Source: a virus (taxonomy: Duplodnaviria > Caudoviricetes). Taken from it: a stretch of DNA of 64,000 nucleotides. A program made the position numbers and the translations under genes. This document shows positions 58,428 through 64,000 of this stretch, one piece after another (position 1 is the stretch's first letter; each line of letters starts with the position of its first letter). The DNA lies in the IMG/VR virus record IMGVR_UViG_3300028886_000028, positions 256,001 through 320,000 of that record. One strand, given 5' to 3'. The notes beneath the pieces were generated by a model. It saw only the letters and a program-made list of their open reading frames with translations, was not told where the DNA came from and searched no databases.

Positions 58428-59189
58428 ATGAAATCAAATTTAAAGTTTAAAAGGGGCGAGTTTATTACTCAAAATACTTGCCCTGATTCATTTGCAATAT
58501 TCGGAGGTGATGCATACGAGCCTATTGTTGAAGGCGAAGGAGTTGATTATTCGTTAATATGCTATCATAACCCTTCTCATTATGCTCAAAATAGCGAAGG
58601 CAAATGGGTTCGTGAAGATGTATTCGAATATGACCTTGATAATGAGGAAACTTGTGAATATACCATAAATGCTTGCGATATGGAATACTGGCGCGCTTGC
58701 ACTCAAGAAGAGATTGATACCGCGCTTAGGTTCCTAGCCAATAAACATATTGGTTGGAATGATTCAACACATAAACTAAGAAAACTTGGAATGAATGAGC
58801 AAATAAGGTTTGGACAACCTGCTTGCACTGGAGTTCCCGGTGGTAATGTCAATAGGACAAGCCCAATATACAATACCCCAGGGATTGTAAATCCTAACGC
58901 TCGTGGCTCTGCTGTTTCTGTTAGGACTACAATAACAAGGATTGTTAATGATAATTGGGAGCAGAAAGAGCCTATTAGTGCTATGGATGATAAACGTAGA
59001 GTGTTTGTTGTTGAACAATGCAATAAACTTAAATGGGCGTTTGATACATGCGGTAATAGTGTTGTTATATATCCCAGCAATGGAAGCCAAGTACCCCGTA
59101 GATATGATTATAATGAAGACGTTATGGGACATGGTATAAACGCACTAATGAGAGGCTGTGATGACTGGGGATTTTATGAATGCGAATAA
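58428..59189 (+). CDS. Hypothetical protein
   Basis: 253-aa ORF. Confidence 0.75.
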   Translation: MKSNLKFKRGEFITQNTCPDSFAIFGGDAYEPIVEGEGVDYSLICYHNPSHYAQNSEGKWVREDVFEYDLDNEETCEYTINACDMEYWRACTQEEIDTALRFLANKHIGWNDSTHKLRKLGMNEQIRFGQPACTGVPGGNVNRTSPIYNTPGIVNPNARGSAVSVRTTITRIVNDNWEQKEPISAMDDKRRVFVVEQCNKLKWAFDTCGNSVVIYPSNGSQVPRRYDYNEDVMGHGINALMRGCDDWGFYECE

Positions 59190-59191
59190 AT

Positions 59192-59800
59192 ATGAAAATA
59201 GGTTTTTTTATGGGGTCATTTGACCCAATACATATAGGGCACGTTAATTTAATAAGAGAAGCATTAAATTTCCTCGATAAAGTTATTGTTGTTCCTTCAG
59301 GTCATAATCCTTGGAAAAAAGATATAACGCCGGCTCCATTTGAGTTGAGGATGAATATGATTTCTGAATCAATAAAGCATTTCGGCGATAAAGTGGAAGT
59401 GTCAGGAATTGAATCAACTTTCGAGCCTCCTTATTATGCTAATAAGCCGTTGAATTATTTCAAAAATATTTACAAAGATGATGAACTGTATATTATTTGT
59501 GGAACAGACACAGTAGAAAAAATACCTTACTGGAAAAATGCTGTTATAGATATTTTGCCTTTTTATAGATTGCTATGCCTAGAGAGGGATGAAAATATTA
59601 CTCAAAATGGTAATGTTGAAATCACTAAAACAATAAAAGATAAAGAAGGCAAAGAACATGAATATTTATATATTCCAATTCATCCAATATCTATATCTTC
59701 AACACACATTAGAGCTCTAGTTAAAAACAACAAAATATTATATCCTCTTGTAGAAGAAGCAGTAGAAAAAATCATTTACAATAATTCTTTATACAGATAA
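59192..59800 (+). CDS. nadD: Nicotinate-nucleotide adenylyltransferase
   Basis: GSFDPIHIGH, NPWK, ISSTHIR. Confidence 0.93.
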   Translation: MKIGFFMGSFDPIHIGHVNLIREALNFLDKVIVVPSGHNPWKKDITPAPFELRMNMISESIKHFGDKVEVSGIESTFEPPYYANKPLNYFKNIYKDDELYIICGTDTVEKIPYWKNAVIDILPFYRLLCLERDENITQNGNVEITKTIKDKEGKEHEYLYIPIHPISISSTHIRALVKNNKILYPLVEEAVEKIIYNNSLYR

Positions 59801-59958
59801 CACAAAGTTTACTTGATTTCATATATAATTACCTATAAGGAATAAAAAAGGCAGAAGTTGGTGTTTCTTCTGCCTTTTAATGTTTTTTAACACAAAATAT
59901 TTGCATACATCAAAAAATATTATTACCTTTGCATCATCAAATAAAAAAACAATAATAT

Positions 59959-60441
59959 ATGGATTATTTTTACGCAGCAATTTTATTTATATTCATTATT
60001 TTTTCGCCAATAATTTTGCCGTTATTATACTGTTTTATTAAACATTGTAATTACATTAAAATACGTGATAAACAGCATCTTATGTTTTGCCAAATGAAAA
60101 AAGGCGATTACATATGGAGAAGTTTTGAAGGTGAGGTTGTAAATCTAGAAATAAAAAAAATAACTTATCATTTTAATGGTAAAAGATTGAGCTCAATTAG
60201 ATTTATTACCAATAAAAGGATAGATATAGATTTCAGCCCCTTCAAATTTAAATCATATAAATTTGGTAATTATTTCGCATTATATAGCGAAGCTAAAGCT
60301 TGCGCGGAAGCATATAATTTTGAACGTGAAAAGCAAATAAATTCTTTAAAAAATGTTTCTGGAAAAGAACTAAATGGGGAAATTGAAAAATTAATAGAAA
60401 GATTGAAAACTTATAAATTAAATACAAATGATACAAATTGA
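59959..60441 (+). CDS. Hypothetical protein with N-terminal TM helix
   Basis: 160-aa ORF. Confidence 0.65.
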   Translation: MDYFYAAILFIFIIFSPIILPLLYCFIKHCNYIKIRDKQHLMFCQMKKGDYIWRSFEGEVVNLEIKKITYHFNGKRLSSIRFITNKRIDIDFSPFKFKSYKFGNYFALYSEAKACAEAYNFEREKQINSLKNVSGKELNGEIEKLIERLKTYKLNTNDTN

Positions 60442-61750
60442 AGGAAAACAATGTAAAGATATAAAAATCTTTACAGACAACATAGAAGAAAGTGCATTAG
60501 CATTGTTATATGAATTATCCAATTCTCCTATGTTTAAAGGGGCTAAAATTAGAATAATGCCTGACGTTCACCTTGGTGTGGGAATTGTTATAGGTTTCAC
60601 TTGTCCAATTCCAAAGGAGAACACATTCTTAAGCCCTAATTTTGTAGGAATAGATATAGGCTGCGGCGTAGAGTCTATCTTTTTTGATAAGCCTTTAGAG
60701 GAAAAGAAATATCCTTTATTTGAAAGAAGAATTAAAAAAGAAATACCAACCGGCTTTAATATACATAAGACACGTCAATTTGAAATGAAAGAGTTTATTA
60801 AATTTATAAACTCTGAAATTCAAAAAGCGTATCAATCATCAGGAGGAATCATTAATTTTGTTGAATTTAAAACAGAAGATGATTTTGAAAATTGGTGTAA
60901 AGGGTTCGGTATGAATTTTGGTACTTTTATCAAATCTATTGGTAGTCTTGGAGGTGGTAATCACTACCTTGAATATGACGTAAATGAAGATTTGAAAAAA
61001 TATGCTTTTACAATTCATACTGGTTCACGCAATCTTGGTAAAGCCGTTTGCCAAAAATGGCTACATGCATCAAAAGGTATTGAGGTCAATATAGAAGAAA
61101 GAGAAAAAGAAATTAAAGAGTTTACCGCTAATTTTAAAGGAGACCCTACTGAAATACCTGGAAATATAAAAAATATTCGTGAAAAATATAAGGTGTATGG
61201 AAGTGATGGATTTTTAAGCGGCAAAAATCTTGTTGGCTACCTTACTGATATGGTCATTGCTCAGGCATATGCTAAATTTAATAGAATGATTATTCTTAGA
61301 AAAGCGGCTGACGTAATGAATAAGATTAATGGGGCAAAAGTTATTGACCACATTGCATCAGTTCACAATTACCTTGATTTTGATGATATGACAATACGCA
61401 AAGGCTCTATACGTTCATATAAAGGCGAAAAGATAATTATACCATTCAATATGAAAGATGGTATTGCTATTTGCGAAGGTAAATCAAATGAGGATTGGAA
61501 CTGTTCAGCACCTCATGGTGCAGGGCGTTCTATGTCAAGGTCACAGGCTAAGAAGAAAATCAGTATTAACAATTTCCAAAAACAAATGAACGACGCCGGT
61601 GTATATTCTACATCAGTATGCGAAAGCACTCTTGATGAAGCACCAGACGCTTATAAGCCTATGGAAGAAATAGTTGAACTCATCAAAGACACATGCGATG
61701 TCTTATATTTTATGAAGCCAAAAATAAACATAAAAGCCACAGGTGGATAA
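60428..61750 (+). CDS. rtcB: RtcB-family RNA ligase
   Basis: MPDVH.G, VGIDIGCG, GSLGGGNH, HTGSR, HNY, SAPHGAGR, DEAP.AYK. Confidence 0.95.
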   Translation: MIQIEGKQCKDIKIFTDNIEESALALLYELSNSPMFKGAKIRIMPDVHLGVGIVIGFTCPIPKENTFLSPNFVGIDIGCGVESIFFDKPLEEKKYPLFERRIKKEIPTGFNIHKTRQFEMKEFIKFINSEIQKAYQSSGGIINFVEFKTEDDFENWCKGFGMNFGTFIKSIGSLGGGNHYLEYDVNEDLKKYAFTIHTGSRNLGKAVCQKWLHASKGIEVNIEEREKEIKEFTANFKGDPTEIPGNIKNIREKYKVYGSDGFLSGKNLVGYLTDMVIAQAYAKFNRMIILRKAADVMNKINGAKVIDHIASVHNYLDFDDMTIRKGSIRSYKGEKIIIPFNMKDGIAICEGKSNEDWNCSAPHGAGRSMSRSQAKKKISINNFQKQMNDAGVYSTSVCESTLDEAPDAYKPMEEIVELIKDTCDVLYFMKPKINIKATGG

Positions 61751-61783
61751 AATAAATTTTTAAACAAATATTGGAAGCAAAAA

Positions 61784-62044
61784 ATGTTAACAGATAAACA
61801 ATTAGAATTCGCCCTTGGAGAAATACAGGGTATACAGAAAAAAGTATTGGGCACAGGCGTAGGTCTAACAATTTCAACTGAATGCTGTACCACAGAATTT
61901 GATGTTACCGTTATATATGGGCTTGAAGTATTTGAAGACTGTTGCCGTAAATATAATGAAAAGACATTTGAGTTTAAGAAATCTTTAACAGAAGACCAGT
62001 GTGTTGATTATTTGCAAGATATTGAAAGCCTTTTAAAGAAATAA
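61784..62044 (+). CDS. Hypothetical protein
   Basis: 86-aa ORF. Confidence 0.65.
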   Translation: MLTDKQLEFALGEIQGIQKKVLGTGVGLTISTECCTTEFDVTVIYGLEVFEDCCRKYNEKTFEFKKSLTEDQCVDYLQDIESLLKK

Positions 62045-62048
62045 CTAT

Positions 62049-62444
62049 ATGCCATTTAGCATCAATTTTAAATACAAAAAAGGAATTAAAAGCTCACTTT
62101 CCAATTTCTGTTGGAAACATAATGAAGAAATATTTATAATTTTTACTTCATTGCTTTTCATTATGTTAGCCTTTAGCGTTATATTTGGTGGAATATATTT
62201 GAAAAAAAGAACCGGTATTAAAAAAGACACTTCAAATGTTATTAAAACCGCAATAGTAGTTAAAAAGAAAAATGGTTTAATTAATAAAATAATTGTAAAC
62301 TCTTATGATTCAATAAAGGTTTATGCTAAAATGGGCAGAAAAGATATTTTGTATATCAGGGAAAATGATGAAAATGGACTTGGAATTCCTATCCACATGA
62401 ATACTATAGTTGAAAATGTTGATTCTTTTTATATTGAAAAATAA
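62049..62444 (+). CDS. Hypothetical membrane-anchored protein
   Basis: One TM segment. Confidence 0.6.
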   Translation: MPFSINFKYKKGIKSSLSNFCWKHNEEIFIIFTSLLFIMLAFSVIFGGIYLKKRTGIKKDTSNVIKTAIVVKKKNGLINKIIVNSYDSIKVYAKMGRKDILYIRENDENGLGIPIHMNTIVENVDSFYIEK

Positions 62445-62601
62445 AAAAGCATGTTAGAAAAATATATTGAATTTAGATTTAGAACTAATAATATTCGAAG
62501 GTATTATGAAAAATATTATGAAGAATGGATTAAAGGTTTAACTAGCGAACAGTTAATTTATTTTGAACGCGAAATGAGTAATTTAATTAAATCAGGAAAA
62601 T

Positions 62602-62814
62602 ATGACCCAGAAAGATAATTTAATTCTTATAATCGAAAAAGCCATAGATTCATTAAAACAAAGAATTGAATCGTATAAAAAAGTTGATGCATCTTTATCA
62701 GAACTAACCTTGTTTAAAACTGCATCATACCTAAACATGGCAGATGAAGTTCTTGAAAAAGGCTTTGTAAAAGATTCATTAAATGAAGTTAATAACGCTT
62801 TACTTGTTAATTGA
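62602..62814 (+). CDS. Hypothetical protein
   Basis: 70-aa ORF. Confidence 0.55.
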   Translation: MTQKDNLILIIEKAIDSLKQRIESYKKVDASLSELTLFKTASYLNMADEVLEKGFVKDSLNEVNNALLVN

Positions 62815-62819
62815 ATAAT

Positions 62820-63059
62820 ATGGAAATTTTTAAATTCATACCATCTATTTTTACAGGCATAATTTCAATTGCTTTGTTTTACAATTCAGAAAAAGAAGAA
62901 GATTATGTTAATAAAATTTGGGGCTTCATAATAGCATCCATACTAGTATGGTTTACAATCTTCATATTCAAAGAAACAATTGAATATGATAATGATTTTA
63001 ATGGAACAAACAAAACAGAATATATTTATGACTACATGAATAATAATATACTGGAATAG
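62820..63059 (+). CDS. Small membrane protein
   Basis: Two TM segments. Confidence 0.55.
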   Translation: MEIFKFIPSIFTGIISIALFYNSEKEEDYVNKIWGFIIASILVWFTIFIFKETIEYDNDFNGTNKTEYIYDYMNNNILE

Positions 63060-63189
63060 TTTCCAGTATATTTTATTATATATATATAATTTATATTATA
63101 ATATATTAAAAATAGTTAAATTATATTAAAATATTTTTTTTTATCATTTTTTTTTGTATATTTGTATTATAGTAATATAAATTGTTTTT

Positions 63190-64000
63190 ATGGAAAGAGA
63201 AGAATTAATTAATATTTTTGGAGAGACTGTAAATGTAGTAAACCAAGGCTTTTACACTAATAGCAAAGGAGAAAAGGTAGAGATTCCAAGCGAACACGAT
63301 GGCCTTTCTGTTGACAATGTTACTTTTTACGATAGTGATATTAAAAAGAAAATCAACTTCGATAAACTAAAAAGATACAAAACAGAAATTACTGTTGTAA
63401 ACAATGATTGTTTGAAAGAAGCACAAAAGTTGGTTTTGGACGGATACTCGCCTGCTGTTGTTAATTTTGCTTCATTCAAAGTTCCTGGTGGAGGCGTAAG
63501 AAAAGGCTCAAGAGCTCAAGAGGAAAATATATGTCGCAGAACAAATCTGTTTGAATCAATTTTCAGATTCATAGATACATTAGCAAAAGAATATGGCTTA
63601 CCACTTGAGAAAAAACGCTATCCATTGCCAGTTAATCACGGAGCAATATATTCACCTGCAATTACAGTATTTAGAGAAAGCGATGAAGAACGATATGAAT
63701 TTCTTGATACTCCTTTCAATATAGATGTAATAACAATTGCTGCTCTTAAAAACCCTCCACTTGATTCAAACAAACATCTTAATGATTGGGCTAAAAGCAT
63801 TACAAAGGAAAAAATAAGAACAATGCTCAATCTTGCAATATATTGGGAAAATGATTCAATTGTATTAGGCGCTTTTGGCTGTGGAGCATTTGGCAATCCT
63901 CCTGAAGATGTTGCGCAACTTTTTAAGGAAGTTCTTGAAGAACCTGAATATTGCGACAAACTGGAAAAAATTGTTTTTGCCGTTCTTGATGATGGTAATT
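63190..64000 (+). CDS. Microbial PARG-type macrodomain protein (TIGR02452/DUF2263-like), runs off window; absent from ORF track
   Basis: NFAS..VPGGG...G.RAQEENICRRTNL and LGAFGCGAFGNPP. Confidence 0.9.
   Translation, partial: MEREELINIFGETVNVVNQGFYTNSKGEKVEIPSEHDGLSVDNVTFYDSDIKKKINFDKLKRYKTEITVVNNDCLKEAQKLVLDGYSPAVVNFASFKVPGGGVRKGSRAQEENICRRTNLFESIFRFIDTLAKEYGLPLEKKRYPLPVNHGAIYSPAITVFRESDEERYEFLDTPFNIDVITIAALKNPPLDSNKHLNDWAKSITKEKIRTMLNLAIYWENDSIVLGAFGCGAFGNPPEDVAQLFKEVLEEPEYCDKLEKIVFAVLDDGN

Noticed and set aside
63636-63959. Minus-strand 107-aa ORF
   Set aside because: Shadow of the plus-strand PARG-type gene.
1-64000. Genome-wide TAG-to-Gln recoding
   Set aside because: Conserved genes here are intact under code 11 and several end naturally at TAG.

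Overview
AT-rich segment of a large (jumbo-type) phage of a Bacteroidota host. The inference rests on many TTTG-N~20-TAnnTTTG promoters, a Bacteroidota-type tmRNA tag, dense single-strand gene packing and no core cellular genes. Bases 1-18.6 kb are a very large tRNA/ncRNA cluster: about 22 tRNAs, a tmRNA, an amber-suppressor tRNA, a group I intron inside tRNA-Ser(UGA), an HNH endonuclease and many unexplained structured RNAs. Bases 18.7-64 kb hold accessory genes: DNA methyltransferases, an MjaI-like endonuclease, NAD salvage (PncA, PncB, NadD), Nudix, a PARG-type macrodomain, a CCA-adding enzyme, RtcB, a BspA-like LRR protein and several paralog families. The most striking feature is a family of 10 dispersed RNA cassettes with a covarying terminal stem (AAGG(A/G)A...TTCC(T/C)TAA) and an unpaired ACAGCA(A) motif. 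They carry interchangeable tRNA-derived cargo: circularly permuted tRNAs (Gln, Thr, Gly), acceptor-less tRNA bodies (Leu, degenerate) or bare anticodon stem-loops (Cys, Gly). They resemble YrlA-type Y RNAs in topology and could be tRNA decoys or RtcB-processed precursors. All pairings were read by eye; no database searches were run.
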